From Octopus vulgaris (lineage: Eukaryota): a stretch of DNA of 64,000 nucleotides. Positions 49,938 to 63,013 of this stretch are shown one piece after another (position 1 is the stretch's first letter; the number at the start of each line of letters is the position of its first letter). Below the pieces are notes generated by a model, which was given only the letters and a program-made list of their open reading frames with translations, was not told where the DNA came from and ran no database searches. Location of the stretch: positions 109,802,001 to 109,866,000 of the forward strand of contig OX597820.1 in the NCBI GenBank assembly GCA_951406725.2. The letters run 5' to 3'. Made by a program: the position numbers and the translations under genes.

Positions 49938-51011
49938 GGTATGTCAAAATTATTAGGGGTATCCGCCCTAGTCCATAATTTTCCTTCAAATTCGATGATA
50001 ATTTTCCTAGCTAATAGGATGATGTCAATTTCTTCCCTAGATATGAGAGAGAGGTTCTTAGCAAAAATGAGTGATTTATTAAGTAGAATGGAGGATATGC
50101 TGGAATAGTAATTGTTAATGTCAAATTGGATAAAAGAAATTCTATTATTATTATCTAAAGATGTAAACCAATCTATTACCTCGTCTGTATTAATCCAATG
50201 TCTGACTTAGTTGGACATATGAGTCTCACACAAGGGTTTTCGGAGAAATTTTTCCTATGGTCCTTAAGATTAATCCTAGGTTCACATGGTGTTAAAGGTT
50301 CCGTCTATCAGCTAGATCATAATTTGTCATAACTTTTTGATTTCCAAATTAATATCCCTCAGGTTCTTCTTTGTCGTTACTTTATATCTTAAGTTCAGTT
50401 CCTTTCTAATGAGCTTACTGTATGTTGCATAATCCATTCTGTAAAGGTTTCCAGTTTTGTCAGCTGGGACCAGGATGCCCTGTTTATTTTGTAGAGATTT
50501 AATGAAATCCTTTAGATATCTAAGGTGTGAGTTATACCTTAGTGGATGTTCCTTGAATTTAACATTTGCAATAAGGTCAAGCAAATCTTTTTCAAAGTTG
50601 TCAAGCAATGGATTCAGAGGTGGGCTCTTCCTACTTCTGAAAATCTTTTTATAGTGATTATTTAAGTGTCTTTGTTGAGGATTCTCTTTCAGTTTGGTAT
50701 CGTGGTGGTAAGTAATCCATCTTATTCTTCAGATAAACTCATTGGTTCTGTGGATCAATAGCCATATGTATTCGTTCTTACTATGTAAGGGGATATCCTT
50801 TGGGGAAAACTCTATATTTACCTTTTCCATCCTTGTTTAGAAGTTAAGTACCGGAAAGCATACACAATGTATGGAATTATAAGTTCAGCAAAATTTAGAT
50901 TCAAATGAATATGGTACTTAAGTTAGATGCACCAGAATTTTGTATGGTGTTATCCATATAAATCCATGGGGTGATTATAATCAAAATAAGCAACAAGAAT
51001 AACTTTGGTAA

Positions 51012-51099
51012 TTTGGTACGATCGTTTCGCACTACATCATTTTATTAAATGTTGTAAGTATTACAACAGTTTTAAAATGCTGAGCACTCATCAGCCATT
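51012..51099 (-). ncRNA. Intact hammerhead ribozyme in the 5' pLTR, long stem II
   Basis: tgg-CTGATGA-gtgctcagcatttta..tgttgtaa(tac)ttacaaca..taaaatgatgtagtgc-GAAA-cgatcg-TA-cca. Confidence 0.85.
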
Positions 51100-51296
51100 A
51101 ATAGAGGTTTTCCATTAATACATAATTTTCATATCAAGTGATAACATTATAGAGAAGGTAGATATATAGACAAAGATGTGGATTTAAATTTTAAGAACAT
51201 TTAAGGTAGTGGAGTTTATCAACTGTCTGAATAATATTCAGTTGCTATGAACTGCTAGAAGGTTCTGCTATATATATATGTATATATATACATATA

Positions 51297-51344
<48 letters not shown>

Positions 51345-51349
51345 TTGCT

Positions 51350-51968
<619 letters not shown>

Positions 51969-51977
51969 TATAAATAT

Positions 51978-52916
51978 ATCATCATCGTCATCATCATCCT
52001 TTAACATCTGCTTTCCATACTAGCATGGGTTGGACGATTTGACTGAGGACTGGCGAACCAGATGGCTGCGCTAGGCTCCAGTCTGATCTGGCAGAGTTTC
52101 TACAGCTGGATGCCCTTCCCAACGCCAACCACTCCGAGAGTGTAGTGGGTGCTTTTACATGCCACCTGCACAGGTGTCAGTCCAGCAGCACTGACAACAA
52201 CCTTGCTCGAATGTTTTGTTCACATGCTACCTGCACAAGTGCCAGTCGGGCGACGCTGGTAATGATCATGCTCAAATGATGCTTTTTATGTGCCCACCGG
52301 CATGGAAGCCAGACAGCTGCTCTGGCAGTGATCCCACTCGGATGGAGCTGTTAGCACTCCACTGGCACGGGTGCTAGTCATCGAATTTGGTTCAATTTCA
52401 ATTTCAATTTTGACATGGGTGCAAGTCATCGAATTTGGTTTGATTTCAAATTCAATTTCGATTTCACTTGCCTCAACAGGTCTTCGCAAGCAGAGTTTTA
52501 GTGTCCAAAGAATGAAAAACATGCATAAGTGGACTGGCTACATCCCTGGTAAAGGCCACGAGTCATGGTCTCACTTGTCCTGCCGGGTCTTCTCATGCAC
52601 AGCATATTTCCAAAGGTCTCTGTCATTAGTCATTGCCTCAGTGAGGCCTAATGTTCGATGTGGTACTTTTTCACACAGCTATCTTCATCCATTCTTGCCA
52701 CATGACCATACCAGCGCAATCGTCTCTCTTGCACACCACAACTGATGCTTCTGAGGTCCAACTTTTCTCTCAAGGTACTTACACTCTGTCGAGTATGCAC
52801 ACTGACATTACACATCCATCGGAGCATACTGGCTTCATCCTTGTGAGCTTACGCATGTCCTCAGCAGTCACGGCCCAAGTTTCACTGCCATGTAGCATGG
52901 CTGTTTTTACACATGC
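51978..52916 (-). mobile_element. RTE-like LINE 3' end
   Basis: Homologous to 3360-4100 (tail, 3' UTR and C-terminal coding region). Confidence 0.85.
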
Positions 52917-53016
52917 TATATAGATAGATGTATACATATATATATACAGTTTTTTCTTCTTACATATATATACATATAAACCTATCTATATATATAATGT
53001 ATATATATATATATCT

Positions 53017-53837
53017 CATCATCATCATCATCATCATTTAACGTCCGCTTTCCATGCTAGCATGGGTTGGACGATTTGACTGAGGTCTGGTGAACCAGAC
53101 TCCAATCTGATCTGGCAGACTTTCTGCAGCTGGATGCCCTTCCTAACGCAATACTCCAAGAGTGTAGTGGATGCTTTTACATGTCACCGGTACAAGGGCC
53201 AGTTTAGTGGTTCTGGCAACGGCCATGCCCAAATGGTGCTTTTTACGTGCCACCTGCACAGGAGCCAGTCCAGCAGCACTGGCGACGACCTCACTCAAAT
53301 GTTTCACATGCCACCAGCATAAGTGCTTGTAAGGTGATGCGGTAATGATCACGCTCGAATGGTGTGCTTAACGTGCCATCGGCATGAAGGCCAGCTTGTT
53401 GCTCTGGCAACGATCTCACTTGTAAGGTACTCTTAGCACTCCACTAGCAATGGATGCCAGTCACCGAGTTTCATTTTGATTTCGATTTCACTTATCTCAA
53501 CTGGTCTTCACAAGCAGAGTTTAGTGTCCAATGAAGAAAGGGCACACATAAGTGAACTGGTTACAACCCTAACATAGGCCACGAGGTTATGGTCTCACTT
53601 GAGCTTGCCGAGTCTTCTGAAGCACAGCATATTTCCAGAGGCCCCGGTCACTAGTCATTGCCTCGGTGAGGCCCAATGTTTGACCTCATCCCAGGTCTTC
53701 CACAGGTTCCCTCAACTGCTAGGGTGTGGCACTTTTTCACACAGCTATCCACATCCATTCTCGCCACATGAACATACCAGCGCAGACGTCTCTCTTGCAC
53801 ACCACATCTGATGCTTCTTAGGTCCAACGTTTCTCTC
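53017..53837 (-). mobile_element. RTE-like LINE 3' end, second tandem copy
   Basis: Homologous to 51978-52770. Confidence 0.85.
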
Positions 53838-53900
53838 TATACATCTATACATACACATTTATAAATATACACACATATATATGTATACATATACATACAC

Positions 53901-53945
<45 letters not shown>

Positions 53946-54096
53946 TATACATCTATATGCATATACATCTATATGCATATACATATATATCTGTACATAT
54001 ACATCTATACATATACATACATATATATGAGCAGATATATATATATGAATAAATGAAAGAATGGAGTCGAATGAAGATTTTAACAAAATTCCTTTA

Positions 54097-54179
54097 CTCT
54101 CGACATATGTTTCGAAGACTGCATATTCTTAATTCCGAAGGAATAAATGATGCATTATGCCGTCTTCTCATCAGGAAAG
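54097..54179 (-). ncRNA. Intact canonical hammerhead ribozyme (left arm of palindrome 54043-54398)
   Basis: ctttc-CTGATGA-gaagac...gtcttc-GAAA-catatg-TC-gagag on the minus strand. Confidence 0.9.
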
Positions 54180-54260
54180 ACAAGGAACCTCCATCAGCCT
54201 CAAGACGAACAAAAACTTTTTGATGAATGCCTACATGGTGTCCACATCAATGTTCCTTGT

Positions 54261-54343
54261 CTTTCCTGATGAGAAGACGGCACAATGCACCATTTATTCC
54301 TTCGGAATTAAGAATATGCAGTCTTCGAAACATATGTCGAGAG
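54261..54343 (+). ncRNA. Intact canonical hammerhead ribozyme (right arm)
   Basis: ctttc-CTGATGA-gaagac...gtcttc-GAAA-catatg-TC-gagag; predicted cleavage after GUC at 54338. Confidence 0.9.
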
Positions 54344-55035
54344 TAAAGGAATTTTGTTAAAATCTTTGTTCAACTCCATTCTTTCATTTATTCATATAAA
54401 AAAACACACAAATTTCCACACAAGAACATGGAGTTTCTACCCTTGGCATGTAACTTCAACCGTGTCTTCTGACGTGAATTTGCTACACAGGTATCGGTTA
54501 ACCGAATTTTCCATACTAGGATAATTCATTCACCTACTTAAATATATATATATATATATATATATATGCATGTATATATGTAATGTGAGATAATAGTTGC
54601 AGTATTCATAGTTTCATTATGTATATATTATATACATGGTGAAAGTATTAATAGTGAAAGTATTAAAACTGAAACTATTATCTCAAATTACAATAGAGAT
54701 GTTTCATTTTTAAGGCATCATACTGAAACATTAGGCAAGAAGTCGAAAATTTTTTTGACCCATGAATCCTAAGTAGTGTATGTGTAAAATTTAAATGAAA
54801 TCAGTTGGGTAGTTCTTGGGTTTTAGTGATGCACACATACAGACACATTCTCAGTTTTATATATATATATATGTATATATATATATACATATATATACAC
54901 ACACACACACATACACAGCTCAATGGATAAGACACTGGGAATTGTGGGCTCAAGTTCCATTGGAGGTTTATGGTATTTTTAAGGCAGTGCTCCAGCATGG
55001 CCACATGACTGAAACATGTAAAGAAGTAAAAGAAA

Positions 55036-55092
<57 letters not shown>

Positions 55093-55094
<2 letters not shown>

Positions 55095-58019
55095 TAGTGG
55101 GTAACGAACTTCTTCACTACTTCAGGGAGTGACGACCCTGCCTGACACGAGTTCCAGGCTCAGCTGGCTCTGGCTGACAGTACCCGGTATGGGCCCCTAT
55201 CCAGGGTTACGGAAAGGAGACAACCTTCAAAGAAATCTGGAGTGGAGCCCTGAAGGCGGTTTAGTGTTCGACTCGACACTCTTTCGGCAGCTCCTGCAAC
55301 CAAGCAGGTGCCAAACATAATGCACTGCACTCCTTTGGACTACATCAGCAAGGTCGAGAGAGGAAACCTGACGATTGGGCTACCCAGGACTTTCTTATCT
55401 CTAGCCCAGGCCTGTGCAAAACTGGAGAGGACACTTCAGTGCTGCTGTAAAAAGCTGCAGAAACAACACGGGAGGTAACAGTCATGAGTGATAAGTCCAT
55501 TCAGATTGGCATAAAATATGGGCGCTACAGGTTACCTCTGACGGTGGGAAGGACCTCCATGTCCTATTGGTTAGCTACTGCCCACCTCAAGCTGGGCAGC
55601 CCCCAGTTAATAAGGTGCTGACCCGCCACAGGCCGCCTGCTTCATTGGGTGCTTGGAGCTAAGAGTATGACTTGAAAAGCGGCCTGCAACCTCTGCATCA
55701 GGCAAACAACTAAAAGTCAAGAAACCACCAGTCCTGCGGTTGGCAAGCTGGAATGTCAGGACCATGTGCCCTGGAATATTTGATGATCTACTCAGGGTTG
55801 AAGACACAAGGAAAATGGCCATCATTGACCGTGAACTAAAGAGGCTCAACATAGACATTGCTGGGCTACAGGAGACAAGACTTCCCTCAAACGGCAAACT
55901 CAAAGAGCAGGATTTCACCTTCTTTTGGCAAGGAAGCGATTCAGAAGAACCTCGTCAACATGGCGTTGGCTTTGCAGTGAGAAAGTCATTACTCTCCTCA
56001 ATAGAACCACCATCAGGAGGCACTGAGTGTATCCTCTCACTGTGCCTCTCGACTTCTTCTGGCTCAGTCCATCTACTCAGCATCTATGCTCCCACTCTCT
56101 ACAGCTCAGAGGAGACCAAGGACCAGTTCTACAAAGATCTCAACTGTGTCATAGAAAATATACCAACGACTGAAAATATCTACCTTCTAGGGGATTTTAA
56201 CGCTCATGTGGGATCTGACCATGATTCGTGGCCCATTTGTGTTGGACACTTTGGTATTGGCAACATGAATGACAATGGTCAGAGACTACTCGAATTCTGC
56301 ACATACCATAACCTGTGCATCACAAACACATTCTTTACCAACAAGCCATCCCATAAGGCATCTTGGAGACATCCAAGATCTCGCCACTGGCATCAGCTGG
56401 ATCTCATCATTACACGGAGATCCTTTCTGAATTCTACTCTATTGACCCGCAGTTACCACAGCGCAGATTGTGACACAGACCACTCACTAATTAGAAGTAG
56501 GGTGAGGATTCTGCCTAAAAAAGTCCATCGCTCCAAGAAAGTGGGCCGACCACGCATTAACACTGCCAGAACCTGGGATCCTACACTGCGAAAATGTTTT
56601 GCTGCTTCTATCAAGCTGCCCAACCTCCTCTGCTGAAAGTAGGAGGAACTATATCAGGGAAGCTTTGTATACGACATCAATAGATACTTTCGGCATGGTT
56701 CAATGCTGGGCTCTCAGAGCTGGAGCCAGTTATCAAAGCAAAGCGTGCAGCTCAGATGCAATACAAGAGTGACTCTTCTACAAAGTCACTCGAAGAACTC
56801 AGAAAGGCACGAAATAAAACCCAACTGACAGCCAGAAGCTGTGCAAATAGGTATTGGCAGGAAATCTGTCAGAGTATCCAGTCAGCTGCTGACAGGGGCG
56901 ACACCCGTGGGATGTATGCCGGTTTGAAGAAGGCCCTCGGTCCATCCGCAACCAAGTCAGCCCCTCTGAAATCAACTACTGGAGATCTCATCAGGGATCA
57001 AAGCAAGCAAATGGATAGATGGGTGGAGCACTACCAGGATCTCTACTCACGGGAGACTACAGTGGCTGAGGCTGCAGTCGAGAGTGTCAAGATCTTGCCA
57101 GTCATGTGCGAACTTGACAGTCCACCATCTATAGCAGAGCTCACCAGGCTACATCAGACATCCCAAACATACATATTGGAGACCACAGATTACAAGAGGT
57201 GGAGAAGTTTACCTATCTTGGCTCAACTGTCAACCTATCCCTTGACGCTGAGCTCAATATACGCATTGGCAAGGCAGCTTCTGCGATGGCCCAACTCTCC
57301 AAACGGGCTTGGGCCAACAATAATCTGACCAAGACCACGAAAATGAAGATCTACCAGGCATGTGTACTTAGCACTCTACTGTATGGAAGTGAGACTTGGA
57401 CGCTATACACATGCCAAGAGCGTCGCCTAAACATCTTTCACCTGTGCTGCCTCCAGAAAATCCTCCGCATCAAATGGCAGAATCATATCCCCAACAAAGA
57501 TGTCCTCAAGCAAGCATGAATACCAAGCATGTTTGCACTCATCACACAAAGACGTATGAGATGGTTTGGGCATGTTAGCCGTATGAAAGACGGCAGAATC
57601 CCCAAGGACATACTCTACGGAGAGCTTGCTAGGAGTACTAGGTCTGTGGGTAGACCGTTCTTACGTTACAAGGATATTTGCAAAAGGGACATGAAGGCCT
57701 GCAACATCAATATTAGCGGTTGGGAGGCAGTTGCCGGCAACCGTGGAGAATGGCGACGTACCGTAAAAGAGGGAATACAAAGGAGTGACAGAGAGAGAGA
57801 GGAGAAATGGAAAGACAAGAAAAGACGTCAACAAGAAATTATGGCATTACAACCAGCCAGGAACAGTCATCGCTACATTTGTGGTACCTGCCAGAGGGAG
57901 TGTTTGTCCAGGATAGGACTACACAGCCCCAGCAGGAAATGTATCAGGACATGAAATGTAAAAGCCGGACTAGACTACTTTATGTGCAACTCCATTGTCT
58001 CCCGAGACAAAAAGGATGC

Positions 58020-58029
<10 letters not shown>
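55093..58029 (+). mobile_element. RTE-BovB-like LINE with both ends but the RT core deleted
   Basis: 5' UTR; APE domain (ASWNVRTM, IAGLQETR, HGVGFAV, SIYAPT, LLGDFNAHVG, QLDLII, DCDTDHSL); jump near 57145 to EKFTYLGS, LSTLLYGSETW, RMRWFGHVSRM; C-terminal zinc finger (CGTCQRECLSRIGLHSP); (CAA) tail. Confidence 0.93.
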
Positions 58030-58075
<46 letters not shown>

Positions 58076-58155
58076 AATTGCAGCGTGGAAGGTGTTTATA
58101 AGCCATTTAAGAAACACACAAAAACCGTTAGATTCACTTCAACATTTAAATTTAA

Positions 58156-58208
58156 TTTGTCGAAATATTTTCGTCGCTTTGAGACCATGCGACCTGTTCA
58201 CTGACAAA
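58156..58208 (-). ncRNA. Hammerhead motif, G3-C8 core variant (left arm of palindrome 58072-58362)
   Basis: Minus strand: tttgtca-GTGAACA-g-gtcgc(atggtctcaaa)gcgac-GAAA-atat-TT-cgacaaa. Confidence 0.7.
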
Positions 58209-58227
58209 ACTTCGTGGTGCATGAAGT

Positions 58228-58278
58228 TTTGTCAGTGAACAGGTCGCGGTTTCAAACAGACGAAAATATTTTGACAAA
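58228..58278 (+). ncRNA. Hammerhead motif, G3-C8 core variant (right arm)
   Basis: tttgtca-GTGAACA-g-gtc...gac-GAAA-atat-TT-tgacaaa; 7-bp stem I, palindromic stem III AATATT. Confidence 0.7.
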
Positions 58279-58405
58279 TTAAATTTAAATGTTGAAGTGA
58301 ATCTAATGGGTTTTGTGTGTTTCTTAAATGGCTTATAAACACCTTCCACGCTGCAATTGTTTTTGTTCCAGCACACGATCCCAGATCAAGTCACTTGCTA
58401 TGCAA

Positions 58406-58450
<45 letters not shown>

Positions 58451-58554
58451 AACACACACACATATATATATACATATACATGTATATATATATATATCCT
58501 TATATACATATATATATATCCATATATACATATATACATACTCATATATGTATA

Positions 58555-58881
58555 CACCACTAAGGAAATGACAAGAGACTGGGATTTGTGGTGATTTGCT
58601 GAACTTAAAGACATGTCAAGCTAAGTAAAACTGCAGTCTTCTATACATACAGGCTTGTCTTTTCCAGGTGCTGGTGCCACATAAAATGTACCCATATCAG
58701 TGCCATGTAAGAAGCACCCACCACATTCTGTAAGGTGGTTGGTGTTAGGAAGGGCATCCAGTTGTAGAAACCATACCACAACAGACAATTTTGTGTCTGG
58801 ACAGCTCCATGTCAAACTGTCCAACCCATGGAAAATGGATGTTAAACGTTGATGATGTTGATAGATGATGATGATGATGAT
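58555..58881 (+). mobile_element. RTE-like LINE 3' end
   Basis: [11 protein letters not shown] followed by the 3' UTR and (GAT)n tail. Confidence 0.75.
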
Positions 58882-60539
58882 CACACACACACATACATGC
58901 ACAGAAACACAGATAGAGAAAATAGCACCTTTAATTGTTGAATTCACCAGACAAAGCCAGCAATTTAGATACAGAAAATACTTATTCAAATCAATATATC
59001 TGAAAATACATGTTAACACAATGTTTTCTGAGCAATCCAATATTTGTTAAACTTAAAGTGAACTAAGAAAATATTTACTGTACATAAACCCACACAAAAA
59101 GAACATTAAGAAGAAATATTTAAATATTTCAATTTTTAATTATAATTGCTTTTCATATATTATATAATAAGCATAATTTTTCTTAAAATGTTATTATATT
59201 TAATATATAGAAAACTAATTGACGTGATGTAGAACCTCTATATTTCTAGTTGTCATAACTTAGAATTCAAATGTTTTTATTTTTTCATTATCCACTGATG
59301 GCATCAGAAGTTGAATACAAAAAATAACTTTTCTTCGATTATATTTCTTCCTAACAGTCTTTTTGTATGCATTCATGTAATGGAGATATTTTCTTAGTTC
59401 ACTTTGAATTTAATCAATTTTGGATCACCTTGAAAACATTGTGTTGACATGTATTTTCGGATATATTAATTTGAATGATATTTCATGTATCTAAATATGT
59501 CAATGCAACTGTGACTCCTGTAGAGAATCCATCCGTTTTCACATCCCACTTCATATCCATACTGGACACAGCTGGAAAATTTCCAGATCTATTCCCTTCC
59601 ATTTTTTTCAGGTTCACCACCTTAGATGCATGCATAATGTGAAGTACTACTCATTTTGAACCAACTATCACAGCCCTGACATTACCCTCAAACATTGTAC
59701 CCCTGAGCTAGTTCATATAGGCACCAAACTCGTTAATCTCCCTCTCTACAAGAATCTACTCTGATCTCTGGAGATGTGCTACAGAATTTCCCATTCCTAA
59801 GAACTCCCCTTTCTAATCTTGTCATTTATCGCCTTTGCATGCTCAATTCTAAAATCTTAAAGAAAATGGAGACAGTTATTAACAACATTCTCAAGTAGGG
59901 CTTCAGTAATCCCAAATGCTCTGGTGACCTACTTTCTTAAGTCTTCTGCCAGTGCAATCTCATATTCAAGAAATTTGGTGGAAACAATGTTGTTGCTTTC
60001 AAGGTCGGCAAAGCTTTCAGCTGTGTGGGATGTGGAAGAACTTGCCTAAGAAACTTCTGTTTCATATCTTTCCCGCTGATGTTGACTTGGAATCGTTTAA
60101 ATGAAAGGTTAATGGCAATATCATCACCACTCTTGGAAGGCCTGCTCCTTCCTCCAATTTGTCACCATGAATATTGTGTCAATAGATTGTAAGTCATTTA
60201 GTTCTCAACAGCCAAGCGTATGTACAATAGGGGTGGTAATATATCTGTGCTGTAATGTGGTATTGATGCTTAAGCTTAAGTTAAGGCTTAGTTGTGATCC
60301 AAACATAACCTCTTCTGACACAGAGGATCGGGAGCCCTTTTGGGCATTCTATTTTCCTTGCTGGAAGGGCTCCCAACTCATGGGCCAAGTAGGGTTAGAT
60401 GATGGGGGGGGGGGGGGTATCGAAAGGGCCAGCATGTGCAACCTGATCACCTCTGCCAGTCAAACTCCCAACCCATGCGTTCCCGTCTCGATACTGATTT
60501 TGCAGAACTGGGTTGGGTGTGAAAACCAACTTTAAAGTA

Positions 60540-61002
60540 TAAATATAGATTTTTTGAATCAGCAATGTTGTGTTCGGTTAAGTCCTACTTGGGTAAAAAA
60601 TCAATAAACTGATTCCTTATGGGGTTTCCCATTCAATCAGGATGAAAAATAAATAAACCGATTCCTTATAGAATTTCCCACTAAAATTGGCTACACCCCA
60701 TTTTCAACCATAACTTTTACCAATTTTGACGTATTTTGTTCAAACTTGATCATGGGATCTTTGAATGCTTTAAGTTCTCAAAAAAAAAAATATATAAACA
60801 ATCGATGAGTGGAAACATCAATAAACCAATTGGGATTTCCCAATCAAATTGTCTGCAACCCATTTTCAGCCAAACATTTACCAGTTTCAGTGGATTTTGC
60901 TCAAATTTGATGTCGGTGTTACTTAGTTTGGTTGGAAACAAAGTGCTTGATTAGCTTAACAATCCTAACTTAATCCTGGGCAATGCTGGGCTATAATGCT
61001 AG
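60540..61002 (+). mobile_element. Helitron-like non-autonomous 3' portion
   Basis: Internal repeats (ataaac.gattccttat..tttccca) and the end cctgggcaatgctggg-ctataatg-CTAG|t. Confidence 0.5.
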
Positions 61003-61501
61003 TAACTTCTTAAAACCCGGAAAAATCATTACTGCAGAAACATATTGCTATGAAATTGCCAAAATGAATGAAAAATTGCAACTCCAGTTCCAGACTGGTC
61101 AACAGAGGAGGATCAATCATTATTTATGACAATGCTCAACCAGATGTTTCACCAATTACGTTTGGAACTTGAGGGAACTTGACTACAAAGTTCTTCTCCA
61201 TCCAGCTTATTCCCCAGACCTTTCTCCTACCAACTATCACTTTTTCAAGCACCTTGATGGTTTCCTGTCAGAGAAGGAGTTCAAAAATCAAACCAATGCT
61301 GAAAGTGCAATCAAAGAGTTCATTCGCTCCAAAACTCCAGAATTTTATGCTACCGGAACAAACAAACTTGTAATTCGTTGGCAAAAATATGTTGATTGTA
61401 ATGGTACTGACATTTTCACGAATAAAATTTCTGCATTGTTGAAATATACTGTGATGAATTTCAGGTTTCAAAATGTTGCTTACTTTTTACTCAGCCTGAT
61501 A
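61003..61501 (+). mobile_element. Mariner 3' fragment
   Basis: YDNAQP, LLHPAYSPDLSPTNYHFFKHLD, LVIRWQKYVDCNG; TIR-like ttactttttactcagcctgata. Confidence 0.85.
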
Positions 61502-61534
61502 TTTAATCATTTAATTTATTCATGATTAAGATTA

Positions 61535-61585
<51 letters not shown>

Positions 61586-61908
61586 CTACTCTTCCTGAAA
61601 AAACTAACATTTAATTAATTGATTTGCTGTTACACTATCTATATATACAGAACATCTATGATATCCTTTTCTCAAATACAGAATTCAGTCTTTTTCTGTT
61701 CTTTTAACTAAACTATTTTATCTCCACTTGAGAGTTTATCAATCACTTAGTGCTAGCAGGATAAACTATTCTATCAATATGCTCCATGTCAAGGTGTTTA
61801 CAACCAGAACTGACTGGTTAACAAAATATACCACCATCACTTCGCTGTCTTAGGTCTGTCTGTATCTCATCTCTAAAAAGTTGACTAATGACTACATACA
61901 TACATACA

Positions 61909-61939
<31 letters not shown>

Positions 61940-62166
61940 TAATGACCAAGATTTTAATGTTAATGATAATAAATTTACAATTTGCAAGAAAACTAGCCAT
62001 ATTTCAAAGCAGTTTATATAACAACAAATATGATTTACATTAACATCTTAGATATTAATTTCTGAAACATGTCTGCTAAAACTGAATATGGATATCAGCA
62101 GGGAAGGCACAATGCTAAATGTGTAAGTTATATATTAATTTATTACTCAACCATCCTCTCACACCT

Positions 62167-62216
62167 TCTCCAATGAAGGGATATAATTAATAAATATCCT
62201 AGAAACAGCTGTAAGA
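62167..62216 (+). ncRNA. Decayed hammerhead motif
   Basis: tct-CCAATGA-agggatat..atatcct-a-GAAA-cagctg-TA-aga. Confidence 0.5.
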
Positions 62217-63013
62217 CCTTCTATCTATAAATGTTCTAATATCTACACAGCCTTGGTTTTTTTATCTCATTAAGCAAACATTTTTTATAGAACTTTATAT
62301 ATTTTCAGGAAGTTCAATTTTCAAGCAGGAAATCATTGGTAGATGAAACATTATTTTCGGTCATGACAGTACCAATTTGTGATGAGATTGGCCATCTAAT
62401 TAGTAAGTACCAATAAAAATAGGTCATCTGCATAGAAATTGAGCCTGCCTACAGGTATCAATGAACAAAATTACTTGATATTTGGTGATAAGATGTATAC
62501 AAGAATGAGTGGAATGAATGATTTAATGCACTCCCAATTCCCTTAGGTTACAGATGAGTTCAAAGCAACTTAATTCAATAAAGCTGAATTTTAACCTGAC
62601 CAGTAAAATAGTTAAATTCAGCTCTAGAAGGTGAAAAGACACTTCTTATTTTTAGATTGCTGCTAATGTACCATATAGCAAAAATCTTTACTGCATTGTA
62701 TTATTACCTGCTGACTTCTAGGGGAGTTTCTAGGTTACTGAGGCTATGGCGACAGTGTAACACTATTGACACAGTACAGATCATCAGTCTTGCAGTACAC
62801 AATCATCAGTCAGGCAGTACACAATCAGCTTAAACAAGTTACATATTGTCTATATGGACATTTGTTTATATTAGCTAATTAAATGCTTTTGGTTATTGGA
62901 TTACTGTATGCTATCATTACATATTACTATTGTTTTAACTTGCGTATTATTACATTTTTGTATTGTTTCTACAACTTTGAGCCTGCAATCTAACTGTATA
63001 TAATAGATATTGA

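Larger units (their letters stand above)
46040..51267 (-). mobile_element. Near full-length Neptune-type Penelope-like element with 288-bp direct pLTRs (50980-51267, 46040-46327)
   Basis: ORF remains from ATG 50830 (MEKVNIEFSPKDIPLHSKNEY), VPADKTGNLY, FDIPMGSSDSAEITNLVG, GLYRDDAL, NFLDVTLDL, SNHPP, GIY-YIG-type NVIYKC..YLYFGC to stop at 47184; broken by stops and insertions. Confidence 0.93.

Noticed and set aside
59400-60535. Possible old transposase or exon remains, including ORF 60167..60535
   Set aside because: No recognisable motif or consistent splice structure by eye.
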